Shown here in pieces: positions 19,010 to 29,182 of a stretch of DNA of 64,000 bases. Both the position numbers and the translations under genes were made by a program. The notes beneath the pieces are model-generated. The model worked only from the letters and a program-made list of their open reading frames with translations. It was not told where the DNA came from and ran no database searches. The stretch spans positions 1,637 to 65,636 of the forward strand of contig NZ_JAUNTJ010000018.1 in assembly GCF_030538755.1 (NCBI RefSeq), read 5' to 3'. Position 1 is the first letter of the stretch. The number at the start of each line of letters is the position of its first letter. This DNA is from Paracoccus sp. (in: a-proteobacteria). GTDB lineage: Bacteria > Pseudomonadota > Alphaproteobacteria > Rhodobacterales > Rhodobacteraceae.

Positions 19010-20320
19010 TCAGACCGCGAAAAGCACAATGACCGGGAACGCCACCAGCAGCGCCACCCGGATCAGATCGGCCAGCACGAACCAGACCACCCGCGCATAG
19101 GTGGCCGCGACCGGCGTATCCGGCGCCATCGCGGCCAGAACAAACAGGTTCATCCCGACCGGCGGACTGATAAGGCCGACCTCGACCACGACCAGCACCA
19201 GAATACCGAACCAGATCGCGGTCTGTTCCGGCGTCAGACCAAAATCCAGCGCCATGATGACGGGGAAAAAGATCGGCACGGTCAGCAAAATCATCGACAT
19301 GCTGTCCATCACCATCCCCAGCAGCACATAAACCGCCAGAATCAGCAGCAGCACGGCCAAAGGCGGCAACCCGGAGGCGATGACCCGGGCCGACAGGGTT
19401 TGCGGCACCTGTGCCAGCGCCAGAAAGCCGTTGAACACCGCCGCCCCCAGAATGATGAAAAACACCATGGCCGAGCCTGCGGCAGTGCGCAGCAGCGCCT
19501 CGCCCAGCCCGCGCCAGTTCAGCCGCCCCGAGACCAGCGCGATCACTCCGGTTGCCGCCGCGCCGATGGCGGCACCCTCGGTCGGGGTGAACCAGCCGTC
19601 GTAAATACCGAACACCACCAGCAGAAAGACCGCCAGAACCGGCCAGACCCCGGCCAGCGCGCGCCAGCGATCCTGCCATGGCGCGCGCGCGGCGCGGCCG
19701 CCCTCGGACGGGCGGGTGGCCAGATACAGGCGGATCACCGCCATATAGAACAGCGCCGCCAGAATGCCGGGGATAAAGGCGGCCAGAAACAGCTTGCCGA
19801 TGTTCTGTTCGGTCAGGATCGCATACAGCACCAGCACGACCGAGGGCGGGATCAGGATGCCCAGCGTGCCGCCCGCCGCAATAATGGCGGTGGACAGCCC
19901 GCCCGACCAGCCGGCCCGGCGCAGTTCGGGCAGCGCGACCTGCCCCATGGTCGCGGCGGTGGCCAGCGACGATCCGCAGATCGCGCCAAAGCCTGCACAG
20001 GCCCCGATGGCCGCTATCCCCAGCCCGCCACGCCGATGCCCGACAAAAGCGCCGGCTGCGCGAAACAGCGCCTCGCTCATCCCGCCGCGGGTAGCGAACT
20101 GGCCCATCAGCAGAAACATCGGGATGATCGACAGGGAATAGCTGGAAAATGTTGAAAAGGTTTCGGTTTTCATCCGCGCCAGCAGCATTGCCGGGCTGCC
20201 GGTGGCCAGCCACAACCCGCCCGCACCGCAGATGAACATGGCCAGCCCGACCGGCGCGCGCAGCAGGATCAGCACCAGCAGCGCAGGCAAGGACCACAGG
20301 CCGAGTTCGAAATTCGTCAC
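19010..20320 (-). CDS. TRAP transporter large permease (DctM)
   Basis: IPMFLLMG, GSSLATAATMG, GGTLGILIPPS, FTPTEGAA and SPPVGMNLFV motifs. GTG start overlaps the small permease stop. Confidence 0.93.
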   Translation of the reverse strand: MTNFELGLWSLPALLVLILLRAPVGLAMFICGAGGLWLATGSPAMLLARMKTETFSTFSSYSLSIIPMFLLMGQFATRGGMSEALFRAAGAFVGHRRGGLGIAAIGACAGFGAICGSSLATAATMGQVALPELRRAGWSGGLSTAIIAAGGTLGILIPPSVVLVLYAILTEQNIGKLFLAAFIPGILAALFYMAVIRLYLATRPSEGGRAARAPWQDRWRALAGVWPVLAVFLLVVFGIYDGWFTPTEGAAIGAAATGVIALVSGRLNWRGLGEALLRTAAGSAMVFFIILGAAVFNGFLALAQVPQTLSARVIASGLPPLAVLLLILAVYVLLGMVMDSMSMILLTVPIFFPVIMALDFGLTPEQTAIWFGILVLVVVEVGLISPPVGMNLFVLAAMAPDTPVAATYARVVWFVLADLIRVALLVAFPVIVLFAV

Positions 20321-20814
20321 GCCGCACGCCCCCGCGCGGCCACCCATGCGCCGGTCAGCGCCGCCGCCGCCAGCCCCGTGGCGCAGGCGGCAAAGGCCCA
20401 CCAGACCGGGATTTGCAGCAAAAAGGTGGTTTCTGCATTGGCACGCTTGGTCAGCATTCCTTCCCACATCCGCCAGGCCAGAAACGCCATGCAGGCGGCG
20501 ATGGCCGCGTCCCAGAACCGATCCAGCCCGCGCGCAAACCGCCCGCCCAGCAGATCGACCCGCGCATGAGCCGCCGCCAGATGGCACCACGGCAGAAAGC
20601 CGCAGATGGCGACCGCGCTGCCCAGTTCGATCAGCTCATAATCGCCGCGTATCGGGCGCAACCGGCTGAACCACGCCGGCATATCGGCCAGCGTGGACAG
20701 TGTTAATCCCGCCCGCGCCAGCACAGAAACGCAGGTCACGGCCACCAGCGCCAGCAGGATCGCACCGCCCGCCAGCGCGCAATGCCGGGCCAGCAGGACA
20801 ACGATCCCGTTCAC
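20317..20814 (-). CDS. TRAP transporter small permease (DctQ)
   Basis: About four TM helices with GDYELIE and HARVD motifs. Lies between the binding protein and DctM. Confidence 0.88.
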   Translation of the reverse strand: MNGIVVLLARHCALAGGAILLALVAVTCVSVLARAGLTLSTLADMPAWFSRLRPIRGDYELIELGSAVAICGFLPWCHLAAAHARVDLLGGRFARGLDRFWDAAIAACMAFLAWRMWEGMLTKRANAETTFLLQIPVWWAFAACATGLAAAALTGAWVAARGRAA

Positions 20815-21863
20815 GGCGCGACGGGTTCCACGCCCGGCGCGCCAAGGCCCTCAGCCTCGGCGGCGGCGATGGCCGCACGCGCCTGCTCTACCAGCGCCGC
20901 ACCGTCAAAGCCGCGCGCGGCGGCGGACCAATCGGCGATGACCTGATCGCCAAGCGCGTGCCACTGGTCGATCTGATCGGCACCGATGGTCGAAATCGTG
21001 CCGCCCGCCGCCAGTGTTGCGGCACGCTGTGGTTGATCGGCATTTTGCTGGATCGCGCCTGCATGACGGCTGAAGGCGGCGCCCGATGCCTCGTCGATGA
21101 CGGTTTTAAGATCATCGGGCAAACGGTCGTAAACGCCTTGGTTCATCACCAGCATCAGCACTGCGTTATAGATCGCCGGGCCTTCAAATTCGGTATGGTT
21201 TTGCACAAATTCCTGCACCCGGACGGATGACGTCACCTCCCACGGCAGCAGCGCGCCGTCGATCACGCCCTTGGACAGCGCCTCGGGCACGGCGGGGGCG
21301 GGCATTCCGATGGGCGCGGCACCGGCCTTTTCCAGCAGCATCGAGGCCGCGCGCGACGGTGCCCGCAGCTTTAGCCCTGCCATATCGGGCAAAACCGCGA
21401 CGGGGCGCGCGGAATGGATCACGCCCGGCCCATGCACCCAGATGCCCAGCAAGTGCAGATTGCGGAAATCGCTGTCCTGCCAGCCCTGCGCCAGCCCCCA
21501 CAACGCCGCCGAGGTCGCCCCCGCATCGCGCGACATAAAGGGCAACTCGGCCACTTCGGTCTGCGGAAAACGGCCGGGGGTATAGCCGGGCAACGTCCAG
21601 ACCACATCGGCGACGCCATCCGTCACCTGATCGACCAGATCGGCGGGCCGCCCGCCAAGCGCCATCGAAGGGTAACGATCCACCTTGATCCGCCCGCCGG
21701 ATTCAGCCTCGATCCGGTCGGCCCATGGGGTCAGGATATTCGCCGGAACAAAGCTGTTGTCCGGCAGGAAATAATGCAGCCGCAGGGTCACATCCTGCGC
21801 CGCAGCGATCAGCGGCACCAGCATCAGGACAGCGGCGACAATCAGGCGGCGTGGCAGGGTCAT
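20811..21863 (-). CDS. TRAP transporter substrate-binding protein (DctP family)
   Basis: Signal peptide, YPSMALGG, DGVADVVWTLPGYTPGRFP, GLKLRAP and EALSKGVIDG. Confidence 0.92.
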   Translation of the reverse strand: MTLPRRLIVAAVLMLVPLIAAAQDVTLRLHYFLPDNSFVPANILTPWADRIEAESGGRIKVDRYPSMALGGRPADLVDQVTDGVADVVWTLPGYTPGRFPQTEVAELPFMSRDAGATSAALWGLAQGWQDSDFRNLHLLGIWVHGPGVIHSARPVAVLPDMAGLKLRAPSRAASMLLEKAGAAPIGMPAPAVPEALSKGVIDGALLPWEVTSSVRVQEFVQNHTEFEGPAIYNAVLMLVMNQGVYDRLPDDLKTVIDEASGAAFSRHAGAIQQNADQPQRAATLAAGGTISTIGADQIDQWHALGDQVIADWSAAARGFDGAALVEQARAAIAAAEAEGLGAPGVEPVAP

Positions 21864-21960
21864 CCAAGGCTCCTCTTTCGCGGGTTTATGTGGTGCGCCG
21901 CAGGCATTGTCCACGCCCCGCAAAGATGCAACCTGACAGCAACAGGTTAAGGAATCACCC

Positions 21961-23007
21961 ATGATCGCGGTTTTTGACGGCCATAACGACTTTCTGCAAC
22001 GCGCCGTCACCGCGCCTGATGCCGCCGCCCTGTGGGCCAGAGGCGACGGCACCGGCCATCTGGATCTGCCGCGCGCGCGGGCGGGCGGCTTTGCGGGCGG
22101 TTTTTTCGCCATCTGGATTCCGGTCGAGGACGGGCCAAACGATCCCGCCGCCGCCGAGGCCATGGAAAATCCTCCGTTTTCAATGCCTTTACCGCCGCCC
22201 GCCCCCTATAGCGCCGCCCTGCCCCATGCGATGGCACAAGCCTCGGCGCTGATGGCGATGGCGCGCAGCGGCACGCTGGACATCGTGCGCAGCGTGGCCG
22301 ACATCCGCCGCGCCATGGACGCCGGGCGCATCGCCGCCATCCTGCATATGGAGGGCGCCGAGGCGCTGGACACCCCCGAGGCGCTGTATTTGTGGCACGC
22401 GATGGGGCTGCGTTCGCTGGGGCCGGTGTGGTCGCGGCCGACCCGATACGGGCATGGGGTGCCCTTCGCCTTTCCGGCCTCGCCCGACATTGGCGACGGG
22501 CTGACGCAGGCCGGGCGCGATCTGGTGCGGGTCGCGAATGCGCTGCGGATCATGCTGGACCTGTCGCACCTGAACGAAGCGGGCTTTTGGGATGTGGCCC
22601 GGCTGTCAGACGCGCCGCTGGTCGCCAGCCACAGCTGCGCCCATGCGATCAGCGCCAGCGCGCGCAACCTGACCGATCGCCAGCTGGATGCCATCGCCGA
22701 CAGCGGCGGGCTGGTCGGGCTGAACTTTGCCGTCAGTTTCCTGCGCGAGGACGGGCGGCGGCTGGCGTTTCAGGGCTTTGAGCCGATGCTGCGGCATCTG
22801 GACCACCTGCTGAACCGGCTGGGCGAAAACGGCGTGGCGCTCGGGTCGGATTTCGACGGCGCGCTGGTGCCGCAGGATCTGGCTTCGGTGGACCGGCTGC
22901 CGGGGCTGATCGACGCCATGCGCGCGCATGGCTATGACAACGGGCTGATTCGCAAGATCGCGGCAGAGAACTGGCTGTCGGTGCTGGACAGGACCTGGGG
23001 CGGCTAA
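21961..23007 (+). CDS. Membrane/renal-type dipeptidase (M19)
   Basis: FDGHND, HMEGAE, DLSHLNE, ASHS and LGSDFDG motifs. Confidence 0.93.
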   Translation: MIAVFDGHNDFLQRAVTAPDAAALWARGDGTGHLDLPRARAGGFAGGFFAIWIPVEDGPNDPAAAEAMENPPFSMPLPPPAPYSAALPHAMAQASALMAMARSGTLDIVRSVADIRRAMDAGRIAAILHMEGAEALDTPEALYLWHAMGLRSLGPVWSRPTRYGHGVPFAFPASPDIGDGLTQAGRDLVRVANALRIMLDLSHLNEAGFWDVARLSDAPLVASHSCAHAISASARNLTDRQLDAIADSGGLVGLNFAVSFLREDGRRLAFQGFEPMLRHLDHLLNRLGENGVALGSDFDGALVPQDLASVDRLPGLIDAMRAHGYDNGLIRKIAAENWLSVLDRTWGG

Positions 23008-23020
23008 GGCCCCGCCAACG

Positions 23021-23680
23021 TCAGTATCCCGCGTCAGACAGGATGCGCGCGGCTTCGTCACGGCAGGCGACCAGCTTGCTGCGGTCTTCGCCGGGGTGAA
23101 ACCGCGCCCGAACCGCCGTCGCCATCGGAGCAGGTTCGGCCACGATCACCCGCGGCCCCAGCCGCGCGGTTTCCGCCGCCCAACTGCGGGCCAGCGCGAT
23201 CTGACCGGCCTTGGTGGCGCCGTAATTGCCATAATACGCCTGCCCGGCGTGCGGATCGTCAAAAAACATCGCCGTCCCGTTGTGCAGCCGCAGCAAAGGT
23301 TCGATCAGCGACATCAGCCCGCGCGTGGCGTCCAGATTGGTGGCGACGGCCTTGGCCCAGTCCTTGGCATCAAGCTGCGCGGCCAGCGACAGCGGCGCGG
23401 CGTGAATGGCGCAATGCACCCACAGATCCAGCCCGCCCCAACGGTCCAGCGTGGCCTTGGTCAGCTGCAACATCGCCTCGGGGACGGTGACATCCATGGG
23501 CGCAAGCGTCGCGCTGCCGCCAGCGGCCCGGATGCGGTCGTCCAGCTCCTCCAGCGCGCCGGTGGTGCGGGCGACGGCAAGAACATGCCAGCCCCTCGCG
23601 CCAAGCGCCTCGGCCATAGCGGCACCAAGGCCGCGCGATGCCCCTGTAACAAGAGCGATTTTCGTGGATTCGTTCATCAT
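23021..23680 (-). CDS. SDR-family NAD(P)-dependent oxidoreductase
   Basis: TGASRGLG and YGATK (YxxxK) motifs. Confidence 0.92.
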   Translation of the reverse strand: MMNESTKIALVTGASRGLGAAMAEALGARGWHVLAVARTTGALEELDDRIRAAGGSATLAPMDVTVPEAMLQLTKATLDRWGGLDLWVHCAIHAAPLSLAAQLDAKDWAKAVATNLDATRGLMSLIEPLLRLHNGTAMFFDDPHAGQAYYGNYGATKAGQIALARSWAAETARLGPRVIVAEPAPMATAVRARFHPGEDRSKLVACRDEAARILSDAGY

Positions 23681-23788
23681 ATCAGCTTTGCAGCTTTCGG
23701 GTTGCGGACGGTCTGACACCAAACACCGGCTTTCGCAAGGTCACAAGCGGATGGGGCTGTTCATCCTTTCTGACAAAATGTCGCGGAT

Positions 23789-23810
23789 AAAAGGGCCGTG
23801 ACGGCCTTTT
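23789..23810. terminator. Terminator-like hairpin with A/T tracts on both sides
   Basis: AAAAG-GGCCG-TGA-CGGCC-TTTT. Confidence 0.5.
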
Positions 23811-24010
23811 GATGCGTTATCAGCAGTGACGCATGGGCGAGTTATTTTCACGCCCCAGACCCGCGGCGCAATTATGCGATCCGGGCTTTGGCAAAATCTA
23901 TTCAATTCTTATGTGGTGATTGTTAAAATATCGCTATCTGCAACCCACAGCCAATGACCCAGCACCGAATTTTCAGGCGACCTCGTTACCCTGTTATAAT
24001 CACACTCAAT

Positions 24011-24037
24011 AAAAAGCTGGCCGTTTCCGGCCAGCTT
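24011..24037 (-). terminator. Intrinsic terminator of gltA
   Basis: Minus strand AAGCTGGCCG-GAAA-CGGCCAGCTT-TTT, about 55 nt after the gltA stop. Confidence 0.85.
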
Positions 24038-24090
24038 AAAGAACCTCGCATGACTTTACAAAGGGCCGAACAATCGCCCCCTTGCAACTA

Positions 24091-25383
24091 TCAGCGCGCG
24101 TCCACACCCACATAATCGCGACGATCCGAGCCGATATAAAGCTGGCGCGGGCGGCCGATCTTGTTTTGCGGGTCGCCGATCATTTCTTTCCACTGCGAAA
24201 TCCAGCCGACGGTGCGCGACAGCGCAAAGATCGGCGTGAACATCGAGGTCGGGAAGCCCATCGCGGACAGGATGATGCCGGAATAGAAATCGACGTTCGG
24301 ATACAGTTTTTTGGAAACGAAATATTCGTCCTCCAGCGCGATCCGTTCCAGTTCCTTGGCAACTTGCAGGGTCGGGTTATCCTGAATGCCCAGCAGGTCC
24401 AGAACCTCGTCAGCGGATTCTTTCATCACCTTGGCGCGCGGGTCAAAGTTTTTATAAACGCGGTGGCCAAAGCCCATCAGGCGGAACGGATCGTCCTTGT
24501 CTTTCGCCTTGGCGATATATTCGGGGATGCGGTCCACAGTGCCGATTTCACGCAGCATTTCCAGGCAAGCCTGGTTGGCACCGCCATGGGCCGGCCCCCA
24601 CAGGCAGGCGATGCCGGCTGCGATACAGGCGAACGGGTTGGCGCCCGACGAACCGGCCAGGCGCACGGTCGAGGTCGAGGCGTTCTGTTCGTGATCGGCG
24701 TGCAGCGTGAAGATGCGGTCCATAGCACGGGCCAGCGCCGGGTCCACATGATAGGGTTCCGCCGGGACCGAGAAACACATGTGCAAGAAGTTGCTGGCAT
24801 AATCCAGTTCATTCTTGGGATACACGAAGGGCTGACCGATCGAATATTTATAGGCCATCGCCGCAATCGTCGGCACCTTGGCGATCAGGCGCATCGACGC
24901 GATCTCGCGCTGGAGCGAATCGCTGATGTCGGTCGAATCGTGGTAAAAGGCCGACATCGCGCCCACGACGCCAACCATGGTCGCCATCGGGTGGCTGTCG
25001 CGCCGGAAGCCCCGGAAGAAATAGTGCATCTGTTCATGCACCATGGTGTGGCGGGTGATGCGGGTTTCGAAATCTTCCATTTGCGCGCGGTTCGGCAGTT
25101 CACCATGCAGCAGCAGATAGCAGACCTCAAGATAATGGGATTTTTCGGCAAGCTGTTCAATGGGATAGCCGCGATACCACAGCTCACCCTTGTCGCCGTC
25201 GATATAGGTGATAGTCGAATCGCAGCTTGCCGTCGAGGTAAAGCCGGGATCGTAGGTGAAAACGTCTGCCTGACCGTAAAGCTTGCGAATATCCAGAACG
25301 TCCGGGCCTGCGGTCGGGCGCAGGCGCGGCAATTCATAGTCGTTGCCATCAATGGTCAACGTGGCGGGCTTCAGATCTGCCAT
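24091..25383 (-). CDS. gltA: Citrate synthase
   Basis: [33 protein letters not shown] and YPNVDFYSG motifs. Confidence 0.98.
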   Translation of the reverse strand: MADLKPATLTIDGNDYELPRLRPTAGPDVLDIRKLYGQADVFTYDPGFTSTASCDSTITYIDGDKGELWYRGYPIEQLAEKSHYLEVCYLLLHGELPNRAQMEDFETRITRHTMVHEQMHYFFRGFRRDSHPMATMVGVVGAMSAFYHDSTDISDSLQREIASMRLIAKVPTIAAMAYKYSIGQPFVYPKNELDYASNFLHMCFSVPAEPYHVDPALARAMDRIFTLHADHEQNASTSTVRLAGSSGANPFACIAAGIACLWGPAHGGANQACLEMLREIGTVDRIPEYIAKAKDKDDPFRLMGFGHRVYKNFDPRAKVMKESADEVLDLLGIQDNPTLQVAKELERIALEDEYFVSKKLYPNVDFYSGIILSAMGFPTSMFTPIFALSRTVGWISQWKEMIGDPQNKIGRPRQLYIGSDRRDYVGVDAR

Positions 25384-25449
25384 GTTGCGACTTCCTCTCT
25401 GCTGAGGCAGCCCGGCCGCAGTCGCGGGGGCTGCAAAATGTGGGGCCGT

Positions 25450-26841
25450 TCAGGCCCGGTCGAATTGATCCCGCAGCCGGGCCACGGTTTCATCACGGCC
25501 AAGTGCAATCATCATATCAAACACGCTGGGGGTCGAGGTTCGTCCTGCCAAGGCAGCCCGCAGCGGGGCTGCAATCTTGCCAAGTCCGATGCCGCTCTCC
25601 TCGGCCAGGGCCTTCGCGGCCTCCTCCAGATCGCTCCGGTTCCAGCTACCATGCTGCACTGCGGCAGTCAATATTTTCAGCATACGACGGGATACCGAAT
25701 CCAAAGACTTTTCCGCTTTTTCGTCACAAATGACTGGCCGTTCGATCAGCGCGAAATGCGCCTGTTCCAGCAATGCGGGCAGGGTGCGGGCCTTTTCCTT
25801 CAGCACCGGCAAGGCCGCCTGAACCCGCGTGCGCGCCACACCCTCAAGCGCCGTGCCACCGGTTTCGGAAAGAAAATAATCCAGCGTTTTCAACAGGTCA
25901 TCGTCCGACATCTGCCCGATATGCCAGCCGCTGACATGTTCCAGCTTTTTGAAATCCAGCCGCGCGGGCGCGCGTCCGATGCCCGACAGATCGAACCAGT
26001 CGCGGGCCTGCGCATCGGTGAACAATTCGTCGTCGCCATGGCTCCACCCCAGACGGGCCAGATAGTTGCGCATCGCCGCAGGCGGATAGCCAAGCGCCGC
26101 AAATTCGTGCAGCCCGACCGCGCCATGGCGTTTGGACAGCTTTTTGCCGTCTTCGCCATGGATCAGCGGGATATGAGCGAACACCGGCAGATCCCAGCCC
26201 ATGGCGTGGTAAATCTGGATCTGGCGGGCGGTATTCGTCAGGTGATCGTCGCCGCGGATGATATGGGTCACGCCCATGTCGTGATCGTCCACCACCACCG
26301 CCAGCATATAGGTGGGGGTGCCGTCGCTGCGCAGCAGGACCATATCGTCAAGCTGTTGATTTTGCACCGTCACATCGCCCTGAACGGCGTCATGTGTGAC
26401 CGTCTGCCCGTCGCGCGGGGCGCGCAGGCGGATGGCATAGGGCGCATCCGGGTGGTCGCTGCGGTCGCGCCATGGGCTGAGGAATGGCTGGTTCGGATTG
26501 GCCTCGCGCCACGCGGCGATTTCTTCGGGCGTGGAAAAGCACTTATAGGCGCGCCCGGCGTCCAGCATCGCCCGCGCCACCTCGGCGTGACGATCCTTGC
26601 GGGCAAACTGGCTGAGGGGTTCGCCGTCCCAGTCCAGCCCCAGCCAGCGCAGCCCCTTGAGGATCGCCTCGGTCGCCTGCGGGGTCGAGCGGGCGCGGTC
26701 GGTATCCTCGATCCGCAGCAGAAACTTGCCGCCCCGCGCGCGAGCGAACAGCCAGTTGAACAGCGCCGTCCGCGCGCCGCCGATATGCAGATAGCCCGTC
26801 GGCGAAGGGGCAAAGCGGGTGACAACAGGGGCATCGGTCAT
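25450..26841 (-). CDS. gltX: Glutamate--tRNA ligase
   Basis: [20 protein letters not shown] and KLSKRHG motifs. Start at MTDAPVVT. Confidence 0.97.
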   Translation of the reverse strand: MTDAPVVTRFAPSPTGYLHIGGARTALFNWLFARARGGKFLLRIEDTDRARSTPQATEAILKGLRWLGLDWDGEPLSQFARKDRHAEVARAMLDAGRAYKCFSTPEEIAAWREANPNQPFLSPWRDRSDHPDAPYAIRLRAPRDGQTVTHDAVQGDVTVQNQQLDDMVLLRSDGTPTYMLAVVVDDHDMGVTHIIRGDDHLTNTARQIQIYHAMGWDLPVFAHIPLIHGEDGKKLSKRHGAVGLHEFAALGYPPAAMRNYLARLGWSHGDDELFTDAQARDWFDLSGIGRAPARLDFKKLEHVSGWHIGQMSDDDLLKTLDYFLSETGGTALEGVARTRVQAALPVLKEKARTLPALLEQAHFALIERPVICDEKAEKSLDSVSRRMLKILTAAVQHGSWNRSDLEEAAKALAEESGIGLGKIAAPLRAALAGRTSTPSVFDMMIALGRDETVARLRDQFDRA

Positions 26842-26945
26842 GGCGGGTCTTTCGGTCGGATGTGGCTGGGGCGTTAACGCTTTTGAAAGGATCGTCGTGC
26901 CATCTTGCACGGCAGAGGTAAAGTCCCGGTTAAGAAAGGACAAGA

Positions 26946-29162
26946 ATGGCCACGCTGGCCGATCCCCCTGCCCCGCCAGCAACCCGCGCCAGCCGGCTGC
27001 GGGCGGTTGTCGCGCAGCAGGTGCGGCTGCCCGAACGGCGCGACACGCCCCGCCCCCCCCGGCCTGCCGCCGCCACGCGGGCCGGGTTGCTGCCGTGGGT
27101 GCCGGTGCTGCTGTCGGTTGGCATTGCCATCTGGCTGACCGCGCCGGTGCGGCACGGGGCGGTCTGGGTTGCGGTGGCGCTGACCGGCGCGGCAGGGCTG
27201 GGCCTTGCGTGGCGCGCGCCGCTTTGGGCCGATGCCGGGCGGCTTGGCTGGGGCGTGGCGGAATGGCTGCGGCACGCGGGCATGGCTGCGGCGCTGATCG
27301 CGGCCGGTCTGGGCCTGTCGGGGCTGCGCGCGCATATGACCGCCGCCCCGGTGCTGGAGTTCCGCTATTACGGCCCGGTCGAGGGGCGGGTGGTCATGGT
27401 GGATCGCTCTGGCCGCGACCGGATGCGGCTGACGCTGGATCAGGTGGTGCTGCGCGACATGTCCCCGCTGCGCACACCGCACAAGGTGCGGCTGTCGCTG
27501 ATGGATCAGGCCGCCGACAACCTGCCCGCACCGGGGCAACGGGTGATGCTGACCGGCCATCTGGGGCCACCGCCCGGCCCGGCCAGCCCCTACAGCTTTG
27601 ATTTCAGGCTGATGGCCTGGTTCGAACAGATCGGCGCGGTCGGCTATGCCCGCACGCCGGTGATGACCGTCACCCCGCCCGAGGGCGGCATCTGGGCCAT
27701 GCACCGCGTCCGCATGGATCTGTCGCAGGCCATGCAGGATCGCATCGGCGGTCAGGCGGGCGCGGTGGCGGCGGCGCTGATGACCGGCGACCGATCCGGC
27801 ATCCACGAAGCCACGAACGAGCTGATGCGCGCCTCGAACCTGTATCACATCATCTCGATTTCCGGGCTGCATATGGGGATGCTGGCCGGGTTTGTTTACG
27901 CGTCGATGCGCATTCCCCTTGCTGCGGCAGCGGGCGCGGGGCTGCGCCTGCGCTGGCCGGGGCACAAGATCGCGGCACTGGCGGCGCTGATCGCGGCGGC
28001 GATCTATCTGTGGCTGTCGGGGGGCGGTGTCGCGACCGAGCGATCTTTCCTGATGGTGGCGGTGATGCTGACCGCGATTCTGGCCGACCGAAGGGCGATC
28101 TCGCTGCGCACCATCGCGGTTTCGGCCATCCTGATCCTGATCTACAGCCCCGAATCGGTCGCCTCGCCGGGCTTTCAGATGAGCTTTGGCGCCACGCTGG
28201 CGCTGATCCTGATGGCCGGACCGTGGGCGCGGTTCGCACAGCGCCTGCCGCCGATCACGCGCGGGCCGCTGATGCTGCTGGCGACATCGCTGGTGGCCAG
28301 CTTTGTCACCTCGCCCATGGCGGCGGCGCATTTCAACCGGATGGCACATTACGGGCTGATCGCCAACCTGCTGGCGGTGCCGGTGATGGGCACGCTGGTC
28401 ATGCCCGCCGGAGTCATCGCCGCCCTGCTGGCACCGCTGGGGCTGGCGGGACCTGCGCTGTGGGTGATGGGGGTCGGCACCGAATGGATGCTGATCGTGG
28501 CCGAACAGGTCGCCGCCCTGCGCGGCGCGGTGACGGGCCTGCCGCTGCCGCCCTTTTGGGTGATGCCCGTCATGTGCTTTGGCGGCTGCCTGTGCGTGCT
28601 GTCCTGGCGGCGCGGCCATATGCGCCGGCGCGGCGCGCCGCTGGCCGGATTCGCTGCGGGTCTGGCCCTGATCGCCGCCGGCACGACCGGCTGGGCCACG
28701 GTCCAGCGCCCCCTGCTGCTGATCGCCCCCGAGGGCGAGGCGGTGGGCCTGATGACCCCGGCCGGGCGCGCCATGTCGAAGCCTTCGGGCGGGGCCTTTG
28801 TCGTCGGCAACTGGCTGACCGAAGATGGCGACACCGCCACGCAGGAACAATCCGCCGCCCGCCCGGCATGGCAGGGCGACCGCCGAGACCGCGTGGCGGA
28901 CCTGCCCGGCGGCACATGGCAGGTCTGGCATTTCACCGGCAAAGGTGCCGAGGAACGCGCCCTGCCCCAGTGTCAGCCGAACCGCATTCTGGTGGTCGCC
29001 GCCGCGATCAGCCCCGCACCGGAAAGCCTCGCCTGCCTGCTGATCCATCACGGCAGCCTGCGCAAAACCGGATCTTTGGCGATCAACCTTGGCCCGGACG
29101 GCGCGCCAGTTATCGTCAGCGCCGCCGAAACCGGCGCGCGCTATCCATGGGCGGCGCGCTGA
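26946..29162 (+). CDS. comEC: ComEC/Rec2 competence DNA-uptake channel
   Basis: [26 protein letters not shown] and ANLLAVP motifs. Divergent from gltX, as is usual in Alphaproteobacteria. Confidence 0.92.
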   Translation: MATLADPPAPPATRASRLRAVVAQQVRLPERRDTPRPPRPAAATRAGLLPWVPVLLSVGIAIWLTAPVRHGAVWVAVALTGAAGLGLAWRAPLWADAGRLGWGVAEWLRHAGMAAALIAAGLGLSGLRAHMTAAPVLEFRYYGPVEGRVVMVDRSGRDRMRLTLDQVVLRDMSPLRTPHKVRLSLMDQAADNLPAPGQRVMLTGHLGPPPGPASPYSFDFRLMAWFEQIGAVGYARTPVMTVTPPEGGIWAMHRVRMDLSQAMQDRIGGQAGAVAAALMTGDRSGIHEATNELMRASNLYHIISISGLHMGMLAGFVYASMRIPLAAAAGAGLRLRWPGHKIAALAALIAAAIYLWLSGGGVATERSFLMVAVMLTAILADRRAISLRTIAVSAILILIYSPESVASPGFQMSFGATLALILMAGPWARFAQRLPPITRGPLMLLATSLVASFVTSPMAAAHFNRMAHYGLIANLLAVPVMGTLVMPAGVIAALLAPLGLAGPALWVMGVGTEWMLIVAEQVAALRGAVTGLPLPPFWVMPVMCFGGCLCVLSWRRGHMRRRGAPLAGFAAGLALIAAGTTGWATVQRPLLLIAPEGEAVGLMTPAGRAMSKPSGGAFVVGNWLTEDGDTATQEQSAARPAWQGDRRDRVADLPGGTWQVWHFTGKGAEERALPQCQPNRILVVAAAISPAPESLACLLIHHGSLRKTGSLAINLGPDGAPVIVSAAETGARYPWAAR

Positions 29163-29182
29163 GCCGCGCGCCGCATCAGGCG

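Noticed and set aside
23860-23930. Possible dif (XerCD) site in the AT-rich gap
   Set aside because: TTATGCG and TGTTAAA fragments are present but not arranged as two 11-bp arms around a 6-bp spacer.
23986-23997. TTACCCTGTTAT, a 12-nt match to the core of the I-SceI site
   Set aside because: The flanks do not match the 18-bp site and there is no vector or marker sequence, so this is most likely chance.
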